Below, piece after piece: positions 38,911 through 51,110 of a stretch of 64,000 nt of DNA. The notes under the pieces were generated by a model, which made no database searches, was not told where the DNA came from, and worked only from the letters and a program-made list of their open reading frames with translations. The DNA is from Phallusia mammillata (lineage: Eukaryota), in assembly GCA_965637545.1 (NCBI GenBank), contig OZ281494.1:8742001-8806000 (forward strand), in the 5' to 3' direction. The translations under genes were made by a program, and so were the position numbers. Each line of letters opens with the position of its first letter. Within the stretch, counting starts at the first letter, position 1.

Positions 38911-41900
38911 TCATTCTGTTGAAAATTGCATTCTTCGCTGCATTAGTCGTCGAACGTTTGTGTTGAACACGCAATAAACGAGCAACAGCATGAAGCCTTG
39001 TAATCCTGTGACAAGCGCGTTTAAATACATGAAAATCTCGGACGACATCGCATCCTCCATACCTAAAACAAAACAATGGGATAAATTATGCAAACTGCAT
39101 GGGACACTAGAATTACAGTGGGGGTCAATTTCGACCCAGTATGTGTTTTTGAAGTTAAATTTTGAATGGTTTGTTGCAAACTGCTGTTGTTTCTGGACCT
39201 ACATAAGAATTATTTGTACACCATTGGTCACAATGAACAAAACTGGCTTATGAAGATGTCCAGAAAAGGTGCAACAAAATATTGCACCATAGTACAGTAT
39301 AAAGGAACTGGATTTTGACCGACTTGTAATTCCAATGGGGTAGATACTGACCCAGTAACGAACAGGGAAGTAGTCCAAAAATCAAGTATCGAAACATAGC
39401 TAGATGCGTAAAGCTAAACGTCAACTTACCAGCGAGTAAAGCAAATACCCAAGAGATTCCCAAGGCAGGCACAAGCATACAAAGTGCTTTGGTGGCGGCC
39501 ACCAATTGATCCAACTCAACAGGGCCGAGGTTGAAACACGAGCATTGCTGTTCATGAGGGACATATTTTTTCTGCTCCTCTCGCATTTTTGCCACAAAGG
39601 CAGCAACCTTGATAGCAACGATCACGTTAAATGCCATTGCGACCACCAAAGGAAGAACCACAGCCGGTATTCGAATCTTTGACGAAGAACTAAGCCAGCA
39701 GTAGTTGTATTTTGGTAGCGTGGAGTTCGGATAAATCGCAAATCGCTTGTGTGCTTTAGACACGTCCATGTAATTTTCTGTGACGAAGCCAATAACGGAA
39801 GCAAAGGCTACGATAATAGCGGGGACTCCCCACCCGAGCAAGTACTTCCACTTTAGGATTGCTTTTCCCTTTTTCGCCTGCAGTTCTAGTGTTTTGTGAG
39901 AAGTAATCATGAGGAGAACCAAGCCTTCCACGCTCATCCATGCTCCTTAGGGAAAATGGAAGGTGGTTGTAAATATTTTGTCAAAATATGTAACCGCATG
40001 ATGAACTGCAATTAGTTCATACCCTCGCTAATTTTACATCGTTGGTTTGCAAATAAAAGAGCTTTTTCATATTTATAATTTGAGCAAACTAATGTATTGC
40101 AGGCCTGTGTGTAACGCTAACCAAACTTAAACAAACATCCAAAACCATCCAGGCAAACAGGCGATGATGCTTTGATTAAAGTCAGCTATTATTCGTATGT
40201 CGCTTGTTAAAAGTTCTTCTTTGAATTTAACTTTTGGCCACCAAACGATGGCAACATCAATCATTTGAAAAAATATGAAAACAACTTTGTACCTGATGCG
40301 AGGAGAAAGTAGTGGATTAGTACTGTCACCAACTCACACGTCCGATCGTTGCCAACAGCAAACTCTTGGAAAAGGAGGACGAGATGGAGAAGAAAAAGAG
40401 CAACGCACAAGTTGATTTGAACCCACGTCCGGTCGCTGTCGATGTTTTGTCTCAGTTTGACAAGAATTGCCACCGTGATGACGAGACAGATGAGAGAGAT
40501 AGACTCGGTGATAAAGGATAAAATCTGCAACAGTTGTTAAAATGAATATTGTTTCAGGAAGGTTAGTAACAAGCTTTTTTCACTCTTTACTTATAGCAGT
40601 TTACAAAACATACTGCAAAATGTTTTTAACACAGTGATCCAGCGAAAGTAAACAGTTACAAAGCACAAAAGCACAAAGCATGTCTAATTACTTCTTCAGG
40701 CTAAGTTTATTCCTGATTATGAACTTCGGAACTTTATATAATTGTGTAAGCAAGCAAGCTTATATTCAGTAGAATGACAATTTCAACTTGTTGTTTAAAA
40801 CACTTTCGACACAAATGATTTGATCAGTAGTTTCCAGAATTTTTTGCAGTAACTTTGATTCCCTGGACCCCAAGCACTGTATAATACTGACAAATAAACA
40901 ATGGTATATATTCGAAGAAAAATAATATATAAGAACTACCTTTACACCATGCGGGACTTCAATCGTTGTCGTAGTAAGCAGGACAGCAAACATTGTTGTG
41001 TGGTTGCACGAACACGTGATGTTCCGTTTGTCACGTGATGGGACGAGCTGGCACCCAACGGAGGAAAACAAATTCGTTTTTGTGTCGACAAAACTGCAGA
41101 TAGGTACTAAGTTTGTCACAGCCAGCCGTTTGCCTTTGTCTGCATGGTGAGTTACTTCTTCAATACTTTCACTTCTCATTTGAAAAGTGAATTGGATCGA
41201 CGTGGAATTGGTGGAGCGACCATTTGAACTAACGCCCCCAGCAGTAATGTACGGTGTATAAGGAAGCAAGGTCGTCTTTTGCTTTTTCATTTCCTTATCA
41301 TCACTTCTCGTGTTATTTTGAATTAAAAGTGACATTGCGTCTTCAGGAAGATTTAATCTCGCTGCATAAATGCTGGTATGGGTATTGTTGTCATCAGATT
41401 TTAGCTGTATCTTCGTATCCGCAACGTTCAAAGTAACACCGGCAGTGGTTTGAGAAGTTGAAAGAACACTTGCTAATGAAAAACCTAATTTATTGATCGA
41501 CGTAGAGTTTGAATTTGACACGTTGATTGCCATGAGTTTCACTTCATCTTCAATGATCTTTAGATTTTGAACTACTTCCGAACTGGATGATGATGTTGTA
41601 ATGTTCAGTATTGAATCGATGATGACTTTATCTGTCGAGTTAGATGGATAGGTGGGCTCTGTTAAAAGTTAAAAGATTTTTAATTGCTTTTTTTACACTA
41701 AAGCGGGACTGTGGACACAGAGTTGTAGGTCGGCCTGGGTTCGGGCCGGGTTTCGGAGCGGGTTAGGCCTTAGGTTATTCAAAAAAAACGGGCCTGATTC
41801 GGACCTGACGTTACACTCTTTGTCATTATTTTCTACATTAATTTAACTGGCTAAGTAGCTAGTTTCTGGACCTAACCTAATGTCAAACAGCCCTAAAACG

Positions 41901-43743
41901 CCTTGTTCAAGACCCATTGTCTATTATTGTCTGTTGTGTTTGTTGTCTTGGGCTTTCCTGGTGCTTCAATGTATAGGCCTGTCAATCAAACTTTCGGGCC
42001 TAAACGGACTTCTCAAAAACATATCGGATGTGGGCCGCGTTCGGGCTATATGCAATACCAAGATATGGGGTGGAGCACGCTTAGGTACATTGCTCCGTGC
42101 AAAAAGAGAAGTAATAAAAATGCAGGGTACGCATCGCTTGTACTTTAGCCTTTTAACTACGCTGGTTGATAAGTTGTTGGTTTAAAAACGTACACTCATA
42201 TGTAAATCGTAGTACATCAGGCCTATTGAAGACACCAAATAACGAATCAAATCGGTCTCCTACATACAGCGAGGAAACTAGACCAAGAACCTTTACTTAA
42301 TGACTGAAAAACATATTAGATATTACACGCATGAATTGCAAATATTACCTTCCGTGGTGTTTGAAAACGATGCGATCCCGATTTTGCTAAGGCATTTCTT
42401 TTCTGTGAAAAATATAAAACAATTAAGATTGTAAGCTCTTATATTAAGCGTTAAAACCAGTCTCACTCACCAACAAATATTTCCATATCTTGGTCCCATG
42501 TACACCTGACCCCTCTACGTTTTTTCTTGCACTTACATTTGCAATAACCTGCGACAACATAATTTAAAATTACCCCTTAACACTTTCGACTCTCACAAGC
42601 AGATAATAGGTTTTGTCTTCTCAACAGTTAAAGGTCTATTAGTCTTACAAGCAACATTTTCGCAAACATTATAGTTAAAAAACATTTGTTTAGTTAAGTC
42701 AAACTTACTCTCACACAGCTTATTCTTCGCGTTAGCTGAAAGTTCTTTAACATCATCATTCTTGTCGTAGTCGTCGTCTGAAAAATTCAATTCTATCCAA
42801 GCAATCGGTTTCAGAGTTGTAAACGAGTCTGAAATTGGAGGCCGAAGCCGAATCGTTTTTAAAGCCCGTTTAGGCGCAAAAGTTTAATTGACAGGCCTAT
42901 GTGTTTCAGTGCTGTTGGGCATAAGAATCCAGCAACTAGCTGCTTAGCTACGTAATTTATATTAAAAAAAATACAGACACAGAATGCAGGCCCGAAACAA
43001 GTCTGTTTGCTATAAAAAACAAACAAGACACGACTCTAACAAGCCCAGGCTCCTTTTTTCTATTTTTTAATTGAACTATTTCGCCAAATGCTTTTTGTAC
43101 ATAAGCAACATGCATTAATGGCAGCTGGTCAAATTTTAGCAATTTTAAATTGCCCAAGTTTTACAAGTGCTTTTGTTTTTATGGCGTTCGTGTTGTGTCA
43201 ATTGATCAATAAATGAGTCGATCTTTAGTTGATTTTCTACGTTACTATATAGTCTTTTTTCTGCGATTTACAATACTTACAAACGACCCAGTCTTTTTTA
43301 TTACAGTCATACTTCAGTGAATATAAGTTTCTCCATTCGTTCCAGACATCAATCCGTTCTGTCATAAAGTAAGTTCAAAACTACAATTTTTATAAACCGA
43401 ACAAAATTAGACAACTCCACACACTGCAAAAGCTTTGTTTGCATTTAGGTTTTACTGTAAAAAAAATGACTGCAAAAAGGTATGCAAAGGTAAAAATCAA
43501 ATCCACTAAAAAAAACAGCATACATACGGCGTCGTTTCCATGTACAAACACCTCCATTTTCCTCAAGGAATATAGGTGGTTTGTGAAAGCCTTTGAATAG
43601 TGAGTGGAAAAATTTTAATAGGTGACCTATGAAAGTAAGTCAAGCATTGCAAAAATGGGAATATAAATCCACATCTTATACATACCTGTTGATGGTCCAG
43701 TCAAAACTACCAGAAGCACTATTACCAGGTAAAATTTGTCCAT
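38911..43743 (-). CDS. Adhesion GPCR paralog 3
   Basis: Signal exon 43686-43743 (MDKFYLVIVLLVVLTGPSTG), five phase-1 ectodomain exons between 42.3 and 43.6 kb, GAIN exon 40940-41658 (GCQL..CSCNHTTMFAVLL), TM1-3 exon 40293-40524, TM3-6 exon 39430-39945 (SVEG, GWGVP, YCWL, LGISW), TM7 exon 38911-39062 (TGLQG..VYC). Confidence 0.9.
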
Positions 43744-44033
43744 TGACCAAGCATAAAACACAGAAATATGAAAACTACAGCACAACCTGTTATACTACTG
43801 CTTTATAGAGTAAAAATGTTTCAGTGCAATCATACCTTAGGTACAAAATTATTTTTAAAACACATCTGGCAAGCTAGCAAATTTCTGTAACAGCCTTAAG
43901 CCAAAACTGCAACAGTAACACAGTCTATTCATGTCACGGGGTCTACTTTAAGCAAAACTGTAATTTCATTTTGGGTGAAACTGTTTCGACAATCTTCTTT
44001 ACTGGATTTTTCTCAAACTAACTAATATAAGTA

Positions 44034-44084
44034 AGCCGCAGAAAGTGCATACTGTTTCGACCTATAGGGTTCATTAATGCTGCT
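44034..44084 (-). ncRNA. Degenerate hammerhead motif (family C)
   Basis: Minus strand: AGCAGCA-TTAATGA-ACCC-TATA-GGTC-GAAA-CAGTATGCACT-TTC-TGCGGCT. It shares the flanking ggccgtatgggc..tgtagcca tail with the 27.4-27.9 kb copies. Confidence 0.45.
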
Positions 44085-45030
44085 GGTGACAATTAAGACG
44101 CAGGCCGTATGGGCGAGTGTAGCCATCTAACGACACTTTAGTTTGTTGGAATGGGAATAAAAGGCCTAAAAGTCTTCCTGACCATTCTGTTCGATGCCCC
44201 AACAGACTGGAGTGTCGTTAGATGGCTACACTTGTGCGAAACAGTACGCACTGGCTGCAGCTTGCTTATCATTTGTTGGCTTGGTGCTTTTATATGACTA
44301 ACATACGTTTGCACGAAATTTACGCTACCTAACACATTTAAAATATTAAAAAAAGCTTTTACAGTTTAGATTTCCTAACCAAAACAAGCGGTCTAGTGAC
44401 CTTCAATAACAAACATGCGTGAATACGTTTTTATTGCAAACATCGACAAAGCTCTCTAACAGTAAGGCGTTCAAGATATCTCGGTCAAAAGTGCCTGATG
44501 ACACACCCAGCGTGACTCTACCATTTATCAACACCAGTGTGCGTATTACTGCAAGGAAGTGATGCGACTCCATGTTGTGTATTACTGCTTTGGCGTACTT
44601 TTACCATCCTGTGTGTACTACAGTCGTGATATAAGTCAGCACTAGTATATACCAAGCGAAGTTTCAGGCCTGGCCTATTTGTAAAGCTATTTTGGTTTAG
44701 TGAAGAGAGCACAACATAGTATTTGTCTTTTACATCGTGTCGGTTTCAATTTTTACCTAAGATTACTTGTAAAATCTTAAATTGAATGCGGAGAGATAAT
44801 CTTGATTAATTCGATCGTTTGTTGCTGATTTGAAATTGGTATTGAAACCTGAACAGTGATTGTAATACACACATTCAATTGGACAATTTTTTTTTAAAGA
44901 AGAAGTAACATGTTGAACTCTACTCCAGAGTATGTTCATTCGCTCAATATGTTTTATTATGATGTTTAACATTTAAAACAAGAACGGTTTTAACAAATAT
45001 TTAGAGCTCTTCTGGCAGTTATATTTTTAT

Positions 45031-45072
45031 TCCAACATTTCGACGTCCTATATAGGTCGCCTTCATCAGGGT
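45031..45072 (-). ncRNA. Hammerhead motif (family B), core CUGAUGA/GAAA intact but stems I and III weakened
   Basis: Minus strand: ACC-CTGATGA-AGGCGACC-TATATA-GGACGTC-GAAA-TGTT-GGA. A more decayed relative lies at 14177-14212 (minus). Confidence 0.45.
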
Positions 45073-45633
45073 AAACAACACTGAATGCGACTAGTACAGT
45101 GCACGATACACAAAGGAAAAAAGATAAAAACGCAAGCACGTAACAACGCAACGAAAACACTGTGCGATAACGAATGATTTGGCTTCTATTCTTTAAACAG
45201 GACGCCAAATTCGTTTGACACTGCTCGTCAAAAAACTTGGTTTAAAACATAATAAAATCATCCGTTGTAGGTCGCAACGGAGTAAATCAAAATACTTGTT
45301 CCTAAGACACCGAAGTTGTGCTTTATCACTGTTCAGATCAGAATTTAAAACCTAGAAGTAAGTTGCAGTAAGACAAAAAACAGTAACACATCAGGTTAAT
45401 AGATCGTTTAAATTTTATTAAATCGCTACATTATGAGATAATTGGCAAACAATGGCATCGAAACATAAAATGGCATCAAAAACTATTTTCGAAGTATATA
45501 CAAGTACAACGTATACAAGTGCAATTGTGTAATGGTATAGTATGGTGGCAATGGCATGGCGTATTGCGAGTTTTTTTTCATGTGAATATCAGTATAGCAA
45601 CTCTTGAAACAGCATGGTTTGTAGAAACTCAAG

Positions 45634-48353
45634 TTAGAAAACGCAGACATGCTGACTGGGATCAGAGAAATCAAATCCAAGACATTGTTCTGTCACATTC
45701 TGAAAATATACATGAAGGAATAATATAGTGAACTAATAGAGTGACAAGCAATGATATACCTCTTGGTTAATATTAGTAAAACTATAAACACGCCATGTAT
45801 TTAGACAAATGTTTAACTTCGCTAAGATCACAACCAGGGCTAGTAGGCTATTTTGAAATAGTCATTGACTGATTGCTTTTTATGAACCATTGTGTCAATA
45901 AAATACACTCCAATACTTTCCTATTAGGGCAAAACTGATCCAGATTAGTTACCTGAAGCATAGAAGTAAGAGAGTTTCCAGAAAAGTCTGCATAGTAAAC
46001 TCCTGGCTTGCGGCATACGACTCCAATGGATTCAATCTAGAAACAAAACGGTTGATTTTGACATGAACTTGCATTCCAGAAATTTCGATTTGAAAGATCT
46101 TCCAGCAATTAAAGTATTGGTATGACTTTGTTCATACCAATTTGCTTCTGGGTTCGCCGTACTCTGGATCCGACGAGAGAGCAGTTGCCTGCATCCAATT
46201 GTCGGCTACGTTAAAACTTTTGATGTTTTCCATTCCGATAAACATGCCTCGACTCAATGTTGCGAGTCCTACAAAAATAAGATTCGAACATTATGATCGT
46301 ATACGCCATGATGTAAGACTGCTGACCGGTGATACTGCCTTAATCATGACTCATGTACTTAACCTAAAACTGAATATAACAGATAAACTGACAGAAAATT
46401 CCACTTACCATTATGTGACAGATCCAACTCGCGCAACTGAGGCATGTGAGCAAAGGTATAGTCGTCAATTGTTCTGATGACGTTGTAGCGCAGGTTCAAT
46501 GTTTTCAGTGACGTCAGGCCGCTGAACGTTCCCAGCGTGATCTTATTCAACTTGTTTCCTAGAAGACAGATGCATTGAGTTTTATTATTAGGCACTGCCG
46601 TATAGGATTTGTGAAATTTTAAAATTAGCGATATTTGGATGGTGTTGAAAACCTATTTTATTTTTTGCAACCAAAGGATATGAGAATGGTTTATTTATCG
46701 TATATATTCTGGCAGTTTACCAGACAAGTCCAAGGTCTCCAAATTTGGTTTGCTGTTGAAAGCACCATCCTCGATGCTTTCGATCACGTTGTCCTTCAGA
46801 GATAAATGTTTAAGAGAGTTCATTCCTGTAAGTTTGCTGCCATCAAGTGAGGAAATACGGTTGTAGGCGAGGTGGAGGTACTTGAGTTGCCATAGAGACG
46901 CGAAGGCGGCGCTTAACCACCGGCTGATGTTGTTGTTATCGAGATAAAGGTACTGGACCTAGTTCAGTAAGAAGTCAAAATGGACCCATGTCAATATGTG
47001 TATGGTTTAAAACAAATAATTACGACAGCATGGCACACAAATCACTGGTTGCGTATGGTTTGCAGCATCCTATGATTTAGACTACCTGGTCAAGTCCCTG
47101 AAATGTGAAGAAGTTGATCGAAGTAAGATTGTTGTTGTTCAAATTTAAAGTTTTGACGTTGCTCAGTGGCACGAACGACCGCGGTTGGATAGTTGTGATG
47201 GAGTTATCTCCCAAATCCAGATTCTCCAGATTCGATGCACCAGAAAAGGTCAAAAGTCCAATACTGACAAGGCTATTTTGGCCAAGATTCAGTTCCTAGA
47301 GAAGACAGAATAATTGCTTTTTTCAGCACCTTGTGTATTGAAGTCGCTAACTACAAGGTAGGAATTTTTCAATTATTTTGCGATTTGGAAGGTACGATAA
47401 CCGTCGTTGCGAAAGCGGCAATATCTATTTAATGTTTACCTTAAGATTAGGTACGGATCCAAAACCAACGTCTTCTATAGCGCTGACCCCAGACTCGGCC
47501 ATGATAAGGCGATATGAGATTGTGTTTGACGTTGTGTCATCTTCTGTATCAGTAACTGCAGACTCTTCTGCAAGAACAAATTAAGACTTGAGCAAAGAAC
47601 ACTGTACTGAACTTTCAACAAGTCTAAAAGAGGTACATTGATCGCTTGTGTGAGTATGATGCAGGGTATGCTGTCAAATACCATCAATAATTCCGTATGC
47701 GGTATTGGAATTACACCTTCTTGGTAACAAGACAACATCAACGCAAACATTTAAATGCATCAAGTAGTTCAAAAACACTATTTGTATGATAGCCCATGCA
47801 TTTTCTTATTGGTTGTGCTTTATCACCCAAAATTTTCCATCGTTTTTGAAAATTTCCCCGTCATATATACACTTTAGAGTTAGCGTTTAAATTTAGCTTA
47901 ACATATTAACATACAATGCTCGACCTTGTTAAGTTGTTGTTCAGCTTCCAGTATTACAAAACTTATGACTTTCCTTGATGGCAAACTTCCTTTTTTTTAA
48001 ACATGCTTAAATAGTTTAAAGCAAAATAAATTTTTGGAAACTTACTTTGCTTGGCAGGGTTTTGGATTCCGTGGAGAGTTGCATACGTAAAGTTTTCATT
48101 AATTGTGATTGGTCCGTCTAGGTGACACGTGACAGTCACAGTAGTTTCGTTGCCGTAGTGAGACAGGACCCTGGTGCATTCATCTGCAATGGCAGGAAAA
48201 TAACTTTTACTCCGGACATAAAGTTACACAATCACATACATGTTAAAGCACCAGAGTTTATGAAGCCTTGCAATTCTTACCTTGATTTTCTTGAGCCACG
48301 GCAAAAGTGGCGCACAATGCCAATACTAGAATAGCAACCAGCTTTGTCAACAT
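45634..48353 (-). CDS. Secreted LRR-only protein, copy A (about 11-12 typical 24-aa LRRs, no TM); intact only if two small exons are skipped
   Basis: Signal exon 48281-48353 (MLTKLVAILVLALCATFAVAQ), Cys-containing cap exon, LRR exons (ELNLGQNSL, LDLGDNSI, LNLNNNNL, LHLAYNRI, LSLKDNVI, LDLSGNKL, LNLRYNVI, LDLSHN), last exon NVTEQCLGFDFSDPSQHVCVF*. Exons 47925-47973 and 47682-47716 carry 1- and 2-nt deletions relative to copy B. Confidence 0.8.
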
Positions 48354-49313
48354 TTTTTAATCTAATTTTAAATTTTAGGCAATATTTCAGTACTTTATAT
48401 CTCTTTCTGCAAAACGCGCAATGAAAAATGTTCAATCACTAATACATGTGTATTCCACTAATTTTTAAGTGCGCTTTTTGACATTTTCCAAACGTCTAAA
48501 CAGCGCTTGTTGTCTTTGCAACTTCCATAACGTTTTAACCCTACTTTTAAAAACAGCTTTCAAACGTTTCTCGTCGACCAATCTATACTTCGCCGACTGT
48601 CTTGCTAGCTCTGTACCGTTATCGAACCCAAGCCCTTGTATTTATGCTAACAAACCTGATGCCTCGCAGCCATTCGCGATTTCAAAAAGCGTCTCGAGCT
48701 TACCTAATGTGCAATGAGAGCGCTGACCGAACCACAAGCTAGCACACGGGCACCACCCGAAGCTATTTTAAGCGCACGATTTTATGCGGTCTATTTTACA
48801 CCGTTTGGAGATTTTGGATTTTTTAAAATATGCATTCTGGCGCCCTTACCCGGCTTATTTCGTGGGACGTTGTTGTGTGAACAGAACTTAAGTTGTAGGA
48901 CAAACTATAGTTTTGTTGTGTGCGGCTTCTTTGTACTATAGTATGAATGGCTTGGGTTATGCAAAACCATGATAAGTAAAACACTTCTAAAATTGTCTGA
49001 CACCGACCCTTGCTAGATATTCGGTTTTCGTGTGTCTCAAAGCAGAGCTCTTTGGCGTGGTTTTCATCTAATACTCACAGAGATACTTTTTATTATTAAA
49101 CTATTACTACGGACAATTACGCTTCCCATAGTTATAAACCCTTAATGTTTGTTGCCTAAAATGGTAAACGGCACTGGTTTAGTGTACGGAGAATTGATAG
49201 ATAGTGTCAGTAGAGTTAATAGAGTCATTAAACTTCTATGATGATGAGATTGTTTGCTCATTACGCAACATACAAATACGTTTCCATATACGTTGTGTAC
49301 GCAACCTATAGGT

Positions 49314-49838
49314 CCTATACTATAGGGGTTCCCAACCTGTGGTACGCGTACCACTAGTGGTACGCGAAAGTTGTTTAGGTGGTACGCGAGTAGCTTTCGC
49401 TTTTTTTCACAAAAATTTGGATTCACAACTTGATATTTTGTTAATCTGGTTTTGTTTACAAAAAAATTCCCCAAGCCTCTTTTTATTGTTACGTAACTAT
49501 TTCTGTTGTTTCGTTCGTTAACGATCTACAAACTACAGGTTATGTCAATTGTCAACAAGAAGCACAGTTGCTTTGAAAAGCCGTACAACGCTGTGGGACA
49601 GTGGGCGTTGATGACGGCCAATGATTGCTCGGCCAATTGGTGGACAGTAAACAAAAACAAAAATATCATTAAATTTAGTGGTCGTGCTTTAGTGTTATTT
49701 TAGTAGGTCAATATTATTATTCTTAATAAAATATGATTCGATTAAATAAGTTGTTCTGCAAGAAGTGGTACGCGTTGCAGTACAAAGCGTCCAAGTGGTA
49801 CGAGATCGAAAAAAGGTTGGGAACCCCTATAATATAGG
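49314..49838. mobile_element. hAT-like MITE with GTGGTACGCG subterminal repeats, present in unit A only
   Basis: TIR TATAGGGGTTCCCAACCT / AGGTTGGGAACCCCTATA. The paralogous site in unit B (about 59030) is empty. No clean TSD. Confidence 0.75.
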
Positions 49839-51070
49839 AACGAGAAAAAACCTGCCATGAAGAAAAATTCGAAGCAACTTGGTCGTATGACCCTTACAGG
49901 GTTCGAAACCCCCGTCATGTTTTTTTTGCAAATCGGCTGTACATATAAACGTGTGAATCATTTGTTTGTTATTTTCGCGCTTAGTAGATTTCAAGTTACA
50001 GATTTGCGTATGTTACGTGATTTGGAAAAACCGTTGTAAATTTCTGACAATTCGTTTCCAACTTATTTTTGAGGGAGAATGGTTTTAGACGAGTATACGC
50101 TTTTTCTATATTTTACAAGGTTTCAACAAATTTTTACATAATTTCTTTCGCCTAATTTACAAACACGTGTTGATTAATTGCATTTGTAGAAGTTTATAAA
50201 TTCAAAAATTAACGTTTAGGAGAAATGACAACTATAATACCTTTCATTTCTTCTCCATTTAAGACTCAATCCTTAAAACACACGACTAATGAGAAAATCC
50301 CTTTAAAATGACGCGCATCAATTTCGTAGCGATGGAACCAAGCCCGCATTATAATTTTCATACGACATGGCAAGCTATCGTACGCACGAGATCAGTGTGA
50401 GATCACGAATCTAAGGCCCAAGGCGCCATTATAGTTCATACAAATCTAACATTTCGGTGTCTGCATGCATATTTGGTGTCGAATTCTTGGAATTCATAAA
50501 CTATGTGTTAAGTCAAACAGAGGCTAAATGTTTAAAAGGGTAGAAATTTTGCCTGCACGTATGTAGACGTTTAGAGCCCGAAACCGACCAGAAAATCGTA
50601 AAACCCAAATGCGGTGCATCACATTGTAAACAAAGAAGTTTCCAATCTGAACAAAGATGTCTCGTAACATTTGACAACTAGTGGTAAACTTTTAACCGGG
50701 TATTTTGACAATCTAAGATTATTCACGCGTTTTCATGCCGCACTCTATTGTCTCGCTGTGTCATGTGTCATACTTTAACATGTTTTGTTGGAATTTGATG
50801 CAATTGCGTATTCGTGCACCTTGAGGTACACCAATGTACTTCCGGCAATTGTGTCGAAATCACACGAGCAAACAGTCGGTTCAAATTGGAGCTCCACACG
50901 TGCGGTAAAACGTTGTTTTCTTCCCAGAACACAGTTAGAAATCGGTCCGTATTTTGGGACAGCAGACACACACAAAATTGTAATGTAACCTAATACCATG
51001 CGCTTTTGTGAAAAAGGCACTTTGTCGGAAAGCGTGTGAAAACATTTTTCACTTTAAATACCGGGATACG

Positions 51071-51110
51071 ATGCAGGTATGCAGGTATGCAGGTATGCAG
51101 GTATGCAGGT
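51071..51110. repeat. (ATGCAGGT)5 microsatellite
   Basis: Directly visible. Confidence 0.9.

Larger units (their letters stand above)
45255..50570. repeat. Segmental duplication unit A (LRR gene plus upstream region)
   Basis: Colinear similarity to 54685-59640, e.g. 45259 tccgttgtaggtcg vs 54694 tccgttgtgggtcg, and 50511 agtcaaacagaggctaaa vs about 59557. Boundaries estimated by eye. Confidence 0.85.

Noticed and set aside
50775-51020. 81-aa minus ORF MPFSQKRMVLGYITILCVSAVP..., a possible small secreted Cys protein
   Set aside because: Weak signal peptide and no supporting splice or promoter structure. RFTARV could equally be a LINE tail relic. Needs RNA evidence.
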